A stretch of DNA of 64,000 bases. It comes from an uncultured delta proteobacterium. Its GTDB lineage: Bacteria; Myxococcota; Kuafuiibacteriia; Kuafuiibacteriales; Kuafuiibacteriaceae. This document shows positions 37,607 through 47,815 of the stretch, one piece after another. Both the position numbers and the translations under genes were made by a program. Positions within the stretch are counted from its first letter, which is position 1, and each line of letters begins with the position of its first letter. The notes below the pieces were generated by a model. It made no database searches. It had not been told where the DNA came from and saw nothing but the letters and a program-made list of their open reading frames with translations. The stretch covers positions 588,954-652,953 of the forward strand of contig CAWDML010000009.1 in assembly GCA_963803435.1 (NCBI GenBank), read 5' to 3'.

Positions 37607-40009
37607 TCAGGGGGTCAGCGAGAGCTCGTACGTGTTCCCCTGGACGGTTCCCAGGTCCTGATACAGGTAGACGTGCAGCGTGAACACGCCGCTCACGTTC
37701 GCGGTCCCGGCGATGTTCTCGTTGTTCGTCGTGCTCTCAGAGGTCGCGGCGACGGTCCCGTCGGGCCCCAAGAGCTCGATGTCGATGTCGCCCTCGGCGT
37801 GGGTGAACAGGACGTCCATGTTGATCGAGTCGCCGCTGGTCAGCGGGATCGCGTAGTAGTCGTCGTCCCCGCAGGCGCCCAGGTTCGGGTAGCTTCCGAG
37901 GGACATCGTGGGCGCCGTGGTGGGCGTATCGTTCGGCTCGAAGGTGTCCACCGGGCACCCGACCGGGTTCGACCCGGAGACGGACACGTTCAGGGAGTAG
38001 GTATTGCCGAGCGTCGAGCCCGCGTCGGCGTAGAGCAACACGTGCAGGTAGTACGTGCCTGCGGTGACCACGGTGAACGAGACGTTCTCGCTGTTGTTCG
38101 AGGTGGAGCTCGAGTCCAGCACGGTCCCCGAGCCGTCGAGCAGCTCGAGGTCGATGTCGCCCTCGCCGTTGGTGAAGCTCGCGGTGGCGTCGATCTGGTC
38201 GTTCGCCGCCAGCGTAATCTGGTAGTAGTCGTCGTCACCGGTGCAGGTGTTGAGGTTGGTGTGGTTGCCCGTCGAGATCGTCTTGGCCGTCGCCCGGGTG
38301 TCGTTCTCCTCGAAGCTGTCCGCCGGGCACGTCTGCGGCTGCCCCTGGGTGATGATCACCTGGAGTTGATACGGATTGCCGGGCATCGAGCCCATGTCCT
38401 GATAGAGGGTGACGAGGATCTTCAGCAGCCCCCCGTTCTGCTGCGTGTACGTCACCGATTCGTTGTCCGTGACACTGGCAGAGGTGGCCACCGGGAGCGT
38501 GAGCTGGTTCAAGAGCGCCAGGTCGATGTCGCCCTCCGCCTGGCTGAACAGCACGTTCACCGTGATGGTCTCGCCGGCGTTGACGTAGATGTTGAAGTAG
38601 TCATCGTCGCCGTCGCAGACGTTGAGACCGTTGGTCGAGCCGGCCGAGACGAGGGGCGCCAGGAACGGTGAGTCGTTGTCCTCGAAGCTGTCGTCGGGGC
38701 ACGGCGAGGCCTGGGTGTCGATCCGGATCGAGTAAGTGTTGCCGGGCGTGGGCCCGAGATCCTGGGTCAGGAACACGCGGACCGCGTAGTCGCCGGCGGC
38801 GGCCGCCGTGTACTGGATGGTCTCGTTGTTGCCGGTACCGTTCGACATCGCGACCACCGAGCCGCCCGCGTTCACGAGCTCGATGTCGATGTTGCCCTCG
38901 CCGTTGACGAAGTCGACCGTGATGGTGACGTCGTCGCCGGCGCCGAGCGTGAAGCGGTGGAAGTCGACGTCGCCGGCGCAGATCGTCAGCTGCGTCTGGA
39001 GACCGCCGCCGGCGGAGGCCTGCGCGAACGTATCGTTGGGCTCCAGGCGATCGGGCATGCACATCCGCGAGCCGAAGCAGTGCCCGGAGGCCTGATCGCA
39101 GGTGTCCGGGCTGGTGCAGCCGGTCATCGCGCACCCCGGGTCGCAGCCGCCCGTGACCAGGTTGCAGATCTCGCTCGGCGTGTTGCACTCGAGATCCGAG
39201 AGGCAGATATCACCGACCTGCGTGCAGCGCCCGGTGCTCGGATTGCACTGCTGGCCGCCCGGACACTGCACGCCGCCGAACTCGGTGCAGCCCGGGATGC
39301 ACTGCCCGAACTCGCAGACCTCGGTCGGAGGGTTGCAGTCGGGGTCGGCCATGCACGGGCCGCGGATCGACACGCAGCGGCCGGTGTTCGTGTCGCAGAC
39401 CTGGCCGTTCATGCACTCGACGCCGTTGGGCTGGCCGCAGCCGAGCGTACAGGCGCCGGAGACGCAGATCTGGGTGGGCGGGCTGCACTGGGGGTCCGTG
39501 CTGCAGACGCCCGTCATGTTCTGGACGCAGGTGTTGTCGATGCAGGTCTGGTCCGCGGCGCACTGGGAGGCGTCGAGGCACTGGACGCACTCGGCGTTCG
39601 GGATGTCGCAGTGCTGGCCTCCGCTGCACTCCTCGTCGCCCGCGCACGCCGGACCGCGATCGATGCAGACGCCGGTCAGCGTGTTGCAGCGCTGGCTCTT
39701 GGCGCACATGGAGTCGTCGGTGCAGTCGGTGACCGTCGGGGTGAGGCAGGTCTGGGTGGCCTGATCGCAGATCTGGCCGAAGTCGCAGTTCTCGTCGGTC
39801 GTGCAGTTGCCGAGCACGGCCGGCGTGCAGGCGCCGCTCACGCACGCCTCGCCGGAGGCGCAGTCTCGGCTCGACGTGCAGGTACCGCCCGCACCGCCGC
39901 GACAAGCGCTGAGGAAGAGGAGGGTGAGGGTGGAGAGGCCGAGGGCAGTCCTCACGGGCTGAATTGTGGGGGGGCCGGCCGGAGGCGACCATCGGTTGAC
40001 CGACGTCAC
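37607..40009 (-). CDS. secreted lipoprotein: N-terminal myxococcal Cys-rich repeats plus four bacterial pre-peptidase C-terminal (PPC) domains
   Basis: Lipobox LLFLSACRGG. About 300 aa of CxxxxC repeats. Then four modules with the pattern EPND/EDND...GDVDFHRF / DGDDDYFNIY / GDDDYYQI / GDDDYYAI ... GEGDIDLELL ... YYLHV / NTYSL. Confidence 0.75.
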   Translation of the reverse strand: MTSVNRWSPPAGPPTIQPVRTALGLSTLTLLFLSACRGGAGGTCTSSRDCASGEACVSGACTPAVLGNCTTDENCDFGQICDQATQTCLTPTVTDCTDDSMCAKSQRCNTLTGVCIDRGPACAGDEECSGGQHCDIPNAECVQCLDASQCAADQTCIDNTCVQNMTGVCSTDPQCSPPTQICVSGACTLGCGQPNGVECMNGQVCDTNTGRCVSIRGPCMADPDCNPPTEVCEFGQCIPGCTEFGGVQCPGGQQCNPSTGRCTQVGDICLSDLECNTPSEICNLVTGGCDPGCAMTGCTSPDTCDQASGHCFGSRMCMPDRLEPNDTFAQASAGGGLQTQLTICAGDVDFHRFTLGAGDDVTITVDFVNGEGNIDIELVNAGGSVVAMSNGTGNNETIQYTAAAAGDYAVRVFLTQDLGPTPGNTYSIRIDTQASPCPDDSFEDNDSPFLAPLVSAGSTNGLNVCDGDDDYFNIYVNAGETITVNVLFSQAEGDIDLALLNQLTLPVATSASVTDNESVTYTQQNGGLLKILVTLYQDMGSMPGNPYQLQVIITQGQPQTCPADSFEENDTRATAKTISTGNHTNLNTCTGDDDYYQITLAANDQIDATASFTNGEGDIDLELLDGSGTVLDSSSTSNNSENVSFTVVTAGTYYLHVLLYADAGSTLGNTYSLNVSVSGSNPVGCPVDTFEPNDTPTTAPTMSLGSYPNLGACGDDDYYAIPLTSGDSINMDVLFTHAEGDIDIELLGPDGTVAATSESTTNNENIAGTANVSGVFTLHVYLYQDLGTVQGNTYELSLTP

Positions 40010-40038
40010 CCGGCGATCCGAGCGGCGGAAAAACCGAG

Positions 40039-40467
40039 CTATTCCTGGGTGTTCTCATGTGCTACCGCCCTCAACCTCGCCTGGACCTGGGCCATCTCTT
40101 CGGGTCCTCGATAGGCGTGGCGCGGCCAAAAGAAGCCCTTCAGCCCGTCCTTCTTGTTACGGGGGACCACGTGGACGTGCAGGTGCGGGACGCTCTGGGA
40201 CACGGTGTTGTTGATGGCGACGAACGTGCCGGCGGCCTGCATCCCCTCCTCTACGATCCGGGCGGTGCGCTGGACCGTGGTGAAGAACGGGTCGAGCATC
40301 GCGGCCGGGAGGTCGGTCAGCGTCTCGAAATGGGTGGTCGGCACGACCAGACAGTGGCCGGGAAACAGCGGGCGCTTGTCCAGGAAGACGAGCGCGCCCT
40401 CGTCGCGGAGGATCGCGTAGGCGTCCAGGTCGCCGCGCACGATCTCACAGAAGATACAGCCCGCCAT
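40039..40467 (-). CDS. HIT-family (histidine triad) hydrolase
   Basis: MAGCIFCEI... and HLHVHVVPR. The start is taken at the internal Met of listed ORF 40039..40479. Confidence 0.8.
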   Translation of the reverse strand: MAGCIFCEIVRGDLDAYAILRDEGALVFLDKRPLFPGHCLVVPTTHFETLTDLPAAMLDPFFTTVQRTARIVEEGMQAAGTFVAINNTVSQSVPHLHVHVVPRNKKDGLKGFFWPRHAYRGPEEMAQVQARLRAVAHENTQE

Positions 40468-40490
40468 CTCGGCCGGCACGATAGAGCGCG

Positions 40491-43400
40491 ATGAGCGGCG
40501 GCGACAAGGATCCCTCGGGCACCAAGAAGGACCGGCCGGCCACCGTTCCTGCGAGCGACATCGCCACCGACTCCTTCGGCGATACGCTGCGGACCAGCGA
40601 TCTGTCGGCGCAGCTGGGACACGAGTTTCCGACCGTGGATCCGGAGGCCTACGTGATCGGCGACGAGTTCGCGCGCGGCGGCCTGGGCCGGATCCTCGAG
40701 GCCCGGGACAAGCGGCTCAAGCGGCTGGTCGCCGTCAAGGAGCTGCTCACCCGCGAGCCCCGGGCCGAGGCCCGCTTCATCCGCGAGGCGCTCATCACGG
40801 CGCGGCTCGAGCACCCGAACATCGTGCCGATCCACGAGGCCGGCCGCTGGCCCGACGGCAAGCGCTTCTACGCGATGAAGCTCGTCGAAGGCCGCACGCT
40901 CAGCGCCGCCCTCGAGCATGCGAGCACCAAGGAGGAGCGCCTCGCGCTGCTGCCGCACGTGATCGACGTGGCGGACGCCGTCGCGTATGCGCACTCCGAG
41001 GGCGTGCTGCACCGCGACCTGAAGCCCTCGAACGTGCTGGTGGGCGCGTTCGGCGAGACCGTGCTGATCGACTGGGGCCTCGCGAAGGACCTCCAGGATC
41101 CATCCGACAGCCTCGATACGATGCCTGTGGTGCCGGCGGTCTCGACGCTCCGCACCGGCGACGGGATCGTGGTGGGCACGCCGCCGTACATGGCACCCGA
41201 GCAGGCGGCGGCGCGTCCGCTCGACGAGCGCGCGGACGTCTACTCCATCGGTGCCATGCTCTATCAGGTCCTCTCGGGTTGCCGGCCCTACGACGAGGTG
41301 GAGCCGCACCTGATCCTGCGCGAGGTGGTGACCCGTCCACCGCGCGCGCTGCGCGAGCTGGCGCCCGAGGTGGCGCCCGACTTGATCGCCATCGTGGAGA
41401 AGGCGATGTCGCGCGATCCCGACGACCGCTATCCGTCGGCGCGGGAGATGGCGGAGGAGCTGCGGCGCTTCACGGCGGGACAGCTGGTGGTCGCCCATCA
41501 GTACTCGCCCTGGGAGATCGTCCGCCGCTTCCTGCGCCGCCAGATCGCGGCGGTGGCCACCGCCCTCCTGGCGATGGCGCTCTTGCTGGCGGGCACGGTC
41601 TGGAGCCTGGAGAACATCAAGAGCGAGCGGAACCAGGCGCAGGCGAACGCGGAGCTGGCGCGCGCCCAGGTCGAGCAGCTCAAGCTGGAGAAGGCGCGTG
41701 CGCTGCTCGACGTCGACCCGACGCTCGCGCTCGCGTGGGAGAAGGAGCTCGAGGCTCCGCTCCCGGGCGCCGCTTCGATCGCGTCCGAGGCGATCGATCG
41801 AGGCGTGGCGCGCCACGTGCTCGATGGCCACGTCGATCGCGTGCTGATGGTGCGGGTCTCGCCGACGGGCGATCGCATCGCTTCGTCGAGCGACGACGGC
41901 ACGGTGCGCCTGTGGGATCCCGCCACCGGCGCGAGTCAGAGACTGAGCGGCCACGCCGCGCGCGTCTCGGCGATCGCGTTCTCGCCCGACGGTCGCCGGC
42001 TGGCCAGCGGCAGCCACGATCACACGGTGCGGATCTGGGACGTGGCGACGGCGACCTCGGTCGTGCTCACCGGACATGAGGGCGGCGTGATGCACGTGGC
42101 CTGGTCCCCGGACGGGCGCTGGGTCGCGTCGAGCAGTGAGGACGAGACCGTGCGCGTCTGGGATCTGCGGGGACAGACCCCTGCCCCCGCGCCGTTTCGC
42201 ATCTTCCCGGCGCCGGACGCCACCCGCAACGTGATCTCGGCCTTCTCGCCGGACGGCCGCTGGCTGGTCACCGGCGGTCACGGCGCAACGATCGATCTGT
42301 TCGACGTGGAGAGCGGGGCGCGCACGCGGCTGACGGGGCACAGCGGCGAGGTCACCCACGTAGCGTTCGCACCGGACGGTCGCACGTTCGCCTCCGCGAG
42401 CGAGGACGGCACGGTACGGATCTGGTCGGTCGCGAACGGGAGCGCGCAGGTGTTCGACGGTCACGAGGGCGCGGTGCTCTTCGTGGCCTACGCCCCCGAC
42501 GGCGCGACGCTCGCCTCGGCGGGGCTCGACGGGACGGTCCGCCTGTTCACGCGGGAGGGCCGGCCGATCTCGGTGTTGCGCGGTCACTCCGAGCGCGTGC
42601 GCGAGCTGGCGTTCTCGCCGTCGGGAGGCCGCCTCGCCTCGGCCTCGTGGGATCACACGGTCCGCGTCTTCAATCTCGAGAACGGTGAGAGCCAGGAGCT
42701 GCTCGGTCACACCGAGTTCGTCGCCTCGGTCGACTTCGCGCCCGACGGCCGGCTGCTCGCCTCCGGCTCGTGGGACCATACGGTCCGGGTGTGGATGCTG
42801 GAGGCGTACCGGCGGCGCGTGCTTCGCGGCCATCGCGTCGGGGTGCACGCGGTCGACTTCTCACCCGACGGCCAGCGCATCGCCTCGGGCGGGCACGATG
42901 ACGCGGTCCGGATCTTCGATCTGGAGACGGGTCGAAGCCGCGCCTTCCTCGGTCATCGCGACCACATCTTCCGCGTGCTGTTCTCGCCGAGTGGCGAGCA
43001 GGTGGCGAGCTCGAGCGACGATCGGACCGTCCGCCTCTGGAACGTCGCCGACGGCAGCAGCATGGTGCTGACGGGGCACCAGGCCGACGTGGAGGAGCTC
43101 GCGTTCTCGCCCGACGGCAAGCGGCTGGCATCGGCGGGGGAAGACGACGTCGTCCGCCTCTGGGACACGGTGAGCGGCGCCTCGATCGCCCTCACCGGGC
43201 ATCGCGCGGCCGTCACCGCGGTGGCGTTCGATCCGTCGGGTGCGCACCTGGTGTCCGCCAGCCGCGACGGCACCGCCCGCATCTGGCCCATGGCGGGCGG
43301 CGACCCGGTCGTGCTCTCGGGACACGACGACGAGGTCTGGGACGCGGTCTTCTCTCCCGACGGTCGCACAGTGGCCACCGCCTCCGTCGACGGGTCGCTC

Positions 43401-43847
43401 CGGATCTGGTCGCTCGAGGGCGCGAAGGTCCGGGCCTACGACGGCCTGGGACGCATGAGGCTGGTGGCCTTCTCCCCCGACGGCGAGCGCATCGCCGTGG
43501 GCGGCGAGAAGCTGTGGCTGTGCGGGCGGCGCTCGACGGTGTGCCGGCTGGTCGTCGGCCATCACGCGGAGGTGCTCGACCTCGCGTTCAACCGCGCGGG
43601 CTCGCTCGCGACCGCCTCGGCCGACGAGACGGTGCGGCTGTGGGATCCGAGCACGCTCGAGTCCCACGTCCTGCGGGGTCATCGCGCGGCCGTGTTCGAC
43701 GTCGCCGTCTCGCCGAAAGGTGATCGGGTCGCCTCGGCGAGCGGAGACGCCGACGTGCGGATCTGGCCCTTCGTGCTGCCACCGAAGCCGAGCGAGCTGT
43801 CCTCGTGGCTGTCAGCCACGACGTCGCTGACGGTCGAGGACCCGTGA
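40491..43847 (+). CDS. Ser/Thr protein kinase fused to about 14 WD40 repeats (1118 aa)
   Basis: Kinase motifs: VAVKEL, HRDLKPSNVLV, DWGLAKD, APEQ. A TM-like segment IAAVATALLAMALLLAGTVW. Then WD40 units with repeated GH...WD contexts (SGSHDHTVRIWD, ...). Intact. Confidence 0.85.
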   Translation: MSGGDKDPSGTKKDRPATVPASDIATDSFGDTLRTSDLSAQLGHEFPTVDPEAYVIGDEFARGGLGRILEARDKRLKRLVAVKELLTREPRAEARFIREALITARLEHPNIVPIHEAGRWPDGKRFYAMKLVEGRTLSAALEHASTKEERLALLPHVIDVADAVAYAHSEGVLHRDLKPSNVLVGAFGETVLIDWGLAKDLQDPSDSLDTMPVVPAVSTLRTGDGIVVGTPPYMAPEQAAARPLDERADVYSIGAMLYQVLSGCRPYDEVEPHLILREVVTRPPRALRELAPEVAPDLIAIVEKAMSRDPDDRYPSAREMAEELRRFTAGQLVVAHQYSPWEIVRRFLRRQIAAVATALLAMALLLAGTVWSLENIKSERNQAQANAELARAQVEQLKLEKARALLDVDPTLALAWEKELEAPLPGAASIASEAIDRGVARHVLDGHVDRVLMVRVSPTGDRIASSSDDGTVRLWDPATGASQRLSGHAARVSAIAFSPDGRRLASGSHDHTVRIWDVATATSVVLTGHEGGVMHVAWSPDGRWVASSSEDETVRVWDLRGQTPAPAPFRIFPAPDATRNVISAFSPDGRWLVTGGHGATIDLFDVESGARTRLTGHSGEVTHVAFAPDGRTFASASEDGTVRIWSVANGSAQVFDGHEGAVLFVAYAPDGATLASAGLDGTVRLFTREGRPISVLRGHSERVRELAFSPSGGRLASASWDHTVRVFNLENGESQELLGHTEFVASVDFAPDGRLLASGSWDHTVRVWMLEAYRRRVLRGHRVGVHAVDFSPDGQRIASGGHDDAVRIFDLETGRSRAFLGHRDHIFRVLFSPSGEQVASSSDDRTVRLWNVADGSSMVLTGHQADVEELAFSPDGKRLASAGEDDVVRLWDTVSGASIALTGHRAAVTAVAFDPSGAHLVSASRDGTARIWPMAGGDPVVLSGHDDEVWDAVFSPDGRTVATASVDGSLRIWSLEGAKVRAYDGLGRMRLVAFSPDGERIAVGGEKLWLCGRRSTVCRLVVGHHAEVLDLAFNRAGSLATASADETVRLWDPSTLESHVLRGHRAAVFDVAVSPKGDRVASASGDADVRIWPFVLPPKPSELSSWLSATTSLTVEDP

Positions 43848-45976
43848 TACGGTCGGCCGTGGGGTGGCCGGAGGAGCGTCGGGCGGACGGGGACGTGGGC
43901 GCACAGCATGATCTCGAATCGGTCGTCCGACACTTCGCCGAACCGCGCGAGCTCTCGATCAAGCTGCTCGCCACCTGCGAGGAGGCGCACGGCAACCCGT
44001 TCGGGGCCGAGCTGCGCGCGTGGATCCGTCTCTTCGAGGCCTACGAGCTCGAGGTCTCCGACCCGGCGTCCGCGGAGCTTCGCATGCCTTCGATGCGGCC
44101 GACGCTCCGGGCGCTGATCGAGCAGCAGGGCGCCTCCTGGATCGCCGACTTCATCGGGTGCTTCACGGCGAGCACGGTGGTGATCCAGCAGGACGAGATG
44201 AGCTATCTCGCGTCCTGGCACAGCACGTCCGGCGGTCAATCCAAAGTCTTCTACTTCCACCCGAACGACTGGGGTCTGTGGCCGACGGAGGGCTCGCTCC
44301 TGGCGCGGCTCTACCGGCTGCTCCAGGAGGAGGAGCGCGAGCGCTGGGAGGAGGACGCGTCCATCGAAGCGCAGGTGCTCCTGCTCGAGCGCGAGGCGAG
44401 ACAGGAGAAGCTCTCGCCGCACCTCGATCCGGCGTCGCTGTTCCCGCGCGTCGACTGGCTGGTGCACGCGCTCCTGGGCGTCGGACGCGATCTGGGCCGC
44501 GAGCTGGTCCGTGCCGCGCCGCTCGGGCAGTGGAAGAAGGAGCGGCCTCTCCTCGAGGGCGCCCCGCACCTCGCCACCTACTGGATCTGGTCGCACTACC
44601 TGCTCGACAACCAGGAAGCGCTCGAGGATCTGCTCGAGGTCACCGCCGGCGAGAGCAACGGTGTGTTCGCCGACGCCCGTGAGCTGGTGGTCGCGCTGGT
44701 GGACGGAAAGGCGACGAGGCTCGGCGATCGCAACAACGCCGCCTTCGCCGAGCTCAAGCAGAAGATCGAGGCGGCGGCGCCGGTCGGGGTCTTCGGTGAG
44801 GAAGCCCTGGCGCGGCGCAAGCGGCGCGAGGAGGAGGCCGAGTCCCGCGGTGGCCCCGAGGCGGCGGCGCTGTCGGTGCTGGAGGCGCGCGCCCAGAGCG
44901 AGCCGCGGATCGCGGAGGCCCTCCGACTGCTCGACCACCTCTCGCGCGGCGGCGCCCATCGTCCCCAAGCCACGCAGTCGGTCCCGCTCGATGCGGACGC
45001 CGCGATGGCCCGCCTCTACGAGCTGGTCGACCCGCGGTTTCGCGATCTGATCGAGGCGCGCGTCCGCCGGACCGCCCTGTTCGCCGACACCCATCGGGAG
45101 GCCTCCTGGGGGCTCCTGCTCGCGTGGGCCGCCGTCGCCGAAGACCTGGCGGACTTCGAAGCGCTGCTGGAGAAGGCCGGGACCAAGAACCTGGGACCGA
45201 GGCGCATGACCGAGCTCTACCGTGCGTACGCGACCTTCTCCGATCGCCGCGCGACCGAGATCCTCGCGCTCGGCGCGACGCAGTGGATCGACGATGTCGA
45301 GGACTGGATCCGGATGACGCCGAGCGAGCCCGTCCTGCGCCTGCTGGAGCGCGACGTGCTCGAGACGCACCAGATGATGGCGGGGCTGCTCGAGCGTGCC
45401 AGCTTCTCCGGCGCCAACTGGGAGGTCTGTGTCCGGGTGGCGTGCGCCGCCGGCGAGCTCCGATCGACGCGTGCGGTCAAAGGCCTCGAGCGCGCCGTCG
45501 ACAAGCAGCTCGGCCGCATCGACGACGGCACGCGGGCCGAGGTGGTGCGCGCGCTCTATCTGGCGGCCGGAACCAGCGCGCGCGCGTTCCTGGAGAAGCA
45601 GGCGGAGCGAAAGATCGCTGCGATCCGCTACGCCGATCCCGCGGACGTGCCGCTGCTCGAGAAGGATCTGGCGTGCCTGCTCTCGGGCCTGCTCCCGGCG
45701 GCACCCGACGACGAGCACGTGATCCGGCAGGCTTCGGAGCTCCTCGGCGCTCTGGTGTCGACGATCGAGCGGGCGGGCCGCCGGCTCCAGCTGGAGGGGA
45801 CGATCGCGGCCGCCGAAGCGATCGTCCGCGGCGCCGCGCTCGGTGAGGTGCGGGCGCTCTCGGGTCGTGTCGCCGAAGTGGCGTCGCTGTCGGCCCCCGA
45901 CCGCGGACCCGCCGCTCGCAAGATCGAGGCGCTGGCCGCGCTGGCGCGCACGGTGGCCGCGGATCTCTCGGCGTGA
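43844..45976 (+). CDS. hypothetical protein (about 710 aa), translationally coupled to the kinase
   Basis: GTG 43844 overlaps the kinase TGA (GTGA). Coding-like throughout (...SWHSTSGGQSKVFYFHPNDWGLWPTEGSLLARLYRLL...). No recognisable catalytic motifs. Confidence 0.55.
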   Translation: MIRSAVGWPEERRADGDVGAQHDLESVVRHFAEPRELSIKLLATCEEAHGNPFGAELRAWIRLFEAYELEVSDPASAELRMPSMRPTLRALIEQQGASWIADFIGCFTASTVVIQQDEMSYLASWHSTSGGQSKVFYFHPNDWGLWPTEGSLLARLYRLLQEEERERWEEDASIEAQVLLLEREARQEKLSPHLDPASLFPRVDWLVHALLGVGRDLGRELVRAAPLGQWKKERPLLEGAPHLATYWIWSHYLLDNQEALEDLLEVTAGESNGVFADARELVVALVDGKATRLGDRNNAAFAELKQKIEAAAPVGVFGEEALARRKRREEEAESRGGPEAAALSVLEARAQSEPRIAEALRLLDHLSRGGAHRPQATQSVPLDADAAMARLYELVDPRFRDLIEARVRRTALFADTHREASWGLLLAWAAVAEDLADFEALLEKAGTKNLGPRRMTELYRAYATFSDRRATEILALGATQWIDDVEDWIRMTPSEPVLRLLERDVLETHQMMAGLLERASFSGANWEVCVRVACAAGELRSTRAVKGLERAVDKQLGRIDDGTRAEVVRALYLAAGTSARAFLEKQAERKIAAIRYADPADVPLLEKDLACLLSGLLPAAPDDEHVIRQASELLGALVSTIERAGRRLQLEGTIAAAEAIVRGAALGEVRALSGRVAEVASLSAPDRGPAARKIEALAALARTVAADLSA

Positions 45977-45992
45977 GCGCCGGCGTTCTGTT

Positions 45993-46008
45993 TTGACACC
46001 CTCGTCAA
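45993..46008. promoter_or_regulatory. palindrome TTGAC-N6-GTCAA (also TTGACA -35-like) in the AT-richer intergenic region upstream of 46054
   Basis: Read directly: ttgacaccctcgtcaa. It lies in the only clearly AT-enriched stretch of this part of the window. Confidence 0.2.
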
Positions 46009-46053
46009 AGACAACGACCTCCGCCCCTCATCCATTCGTGAATCCAGCTACTT

Positions 46054-47784
46054 ATGCCTGGATCAGCTGTTGCTTTGGGTGGCTCCATGTCGCTTCCCGC
46101 CTCACTGGACGCTCTGTCGCCCCGAACGACCGCGGCAGGTCGCGCCGCGCCGCGGACCGAGTCGGGCCCCACCGGCGCCGGCGTGGGCCAGTCCGTCCGT
46201 CGGGGGCTCGGTGCCGTCGATACGGAGCGCCGTACCCAGATCCAGCACCTCGAACAGCTCTTCGAGCGCGCCGAGATGCGCCGGCGCGAGCGGCGCGACA
46301 CGCCCGCCGAGCGGATGCTCGCCCTGTCCCGGGCGCTCGCCTCGCCGGAGGACCAGAAGGCCCGCGGGATCATCCGCCGGGAGATCGCGCTGAGCGTTCC
46401 GCGCCTGGGCCTGGTCGCCTTCGTCCGCAGCCACGGACATAGCAAGCAGCCTCTCACCCTCGTCTCTGCCCTCCTGGGCAGCGGCCTGATCAAGCGCGCC
46501 AACGAGCTGCTCGGGCAGTCGATGGTCGATGTGCGGGTGCTGCCGCGGCTGTCGGCGGCGTACGGCGCCGCGGCCCGAGACCTCCGCCACTTCGGGATCG
46601 AGGCGCGGATCATCCGGACCGCGTACGACGGCGTCGAGCTGGGCGTGATCGGCGACCTCGACGACGCCGGTCTGGCGACCATCCACGAGATCCTCGAGCG
46701 GCGCGTCCGCCAGGTCCTCGAAGGCTTCCACCTCGCGCTCGACATCCAGCTCGCCGATCTCGACTTCGCGATCACGGTCGGCGCGGCGGCGATCGTCGAC
46801 ACCACCTTCCCCGCGCTCCTCACTGCGCACATGCGGGCCGGCGGGGCCGCCAAGGCGGCGCGCGTGAGGGGCGGAAGCTGCTCTCACTCGGTCGACCTCG
46901 CCCTCGAGATCCTCGGCGACTACCGTCGCTGGGTCGAGTCGTCCGGCGTCACCAAGATCGCGGGCATGCCCGCGGTGACGTACGATCCGGTGGGCGGGCG
47001 GATGCGCATCAACCTCGAGCTGCTCTCGGCGCAGCGCGCCGGTACGCTGCCGCTCGCGATCACCCGCCGGCTCGCGCCCGTGCGCGCCGCGCTCAACGTG
47101 CTCGACTGGGTCTACTATCAACGGTCCGACCGCTGGGCCGAGGACGCCGGACGCGCCGCGCGCGCGCTCGAATGGATCGATCGTCTCGGCGAGGCCGAGC
47201 CCCTCTCGCCCGCGCAGCGCGACGGCCTCGAAGCGTTCCTGGTCGAGATCCACCCCCGGCTCGCGTTCGTGCGCGCCGCCGCCGAGGGGCCGTGGACCAC
47301 GTTCGTCGTCGACATGAAGAAGCTCGGTCCGCGCGGGCTGTCCATCTGCGAGCGCGTCGCGCGCCAGCTCCTCGAGCGCGACCACGTCGGGGACGACGAT
47401 CTCGATCTCGCCCGCATCCGCCAGAACGATCTCATCCAGGATCTCAAGCAGGTCCTCGACGTCGCGGTGGAGACCGTGCGGGCCCGCGCCGGGGAGGGCG
47501 CCCAGATCTTCGCGGCCAAGGGTGGTGACGACGTGATCATCGGCGTGCGCACCCGAGGAGCCGCGCTCCCGAAGTCACTGCGCTGGGGGATCGCGGCGGT
47601 GCTGGCCACGCTCCCGGGCGTGCGCGTGGGCTCCGGTGAGAGCTCGGGCGTGCCGGCGCAGATCGACCAGGACATCGGGCTGCTCGAGCAGCAGGTGTCG
47701 TCCACGCTCAAGAAGGTCGAGCGGTTGGATCGTCCCGGCTGTTACTTCCTCGACCAGAATCGAGTGGTGACGGTGGCGCTCTGA
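46054..47784 (+). CDS. hypothetical protein (about 560-576 aa), start uncertain (ATG 46054 or 46087)
   Basis: Intact ORF with good codon usage and no recognisable motifs. It is preceded by a relatively AT-rich 78-bp intergenic region with a palindrome. Confidence 0.55.
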   Translation: MPGSAVALGGSMSLPASLDALSPRTTAAGRAAPRTESGPTGAGVGQSVRRGLGAVDTERRTQIQHLEQLFERAEMRRRERRDTPAERMLALSRALASPEDQKARGIIRREIALSVPRLGLVAFVRSHGHSKQPLTLVSALLGSGLIKRANELLGQSMVDVRVLPRLSAAYGAAARDLRHFGIEARIIRTAYDGVELGVIGDLDDAGLATIHEILERRVRQVLEGFHLALDIQLADLDFAITVGAAAIVDTTFPALLTAHMRAGGAAKAARVRGGSCSHSVDLALEILGDYRRWVESSGVTKIAGMPAVTYDPVGGRMRINLELLSAQRAGTLPLAITRRLAPVRAALNVLDWVYYQRSDRWAEDAGRAARALEWIDRLGEAEPLSPAQRDGLEAFLVEIHPRLAFVRAAAEGPWTTFVVDMKKLGPRGLSICERVARQLLERDHVGDDDLDLARIRQNDLIQDLKQVLDVAVETVRARAGEGAQIFAAKGGDDVIIGVRTRGAALPKSLRWGIAAVLATLPGVRVGSGESSGVPAQIDQDIGLLEQQVSSTLKKVERLDRPGCYFLDQNRVVTVAL

Positions 47785-47815
47785 GCGGCCGAGCTGATAA
47801 ACACATCTCTCGACG

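Noticed and set aside
40317-42848. 843-aa minus ORF, plus ORFs 43679..45718(-), 46102..47385(-), 51406..53610(-), 55698..57215(-), 57913..59532(-), 61891..63255(-)
   Set aside because: All are antisense to well-supported plus-strand genes: kinase, hypotheticals, GHKL ATPases, malQ, nuoG, STAND. All have low-complexity composition.
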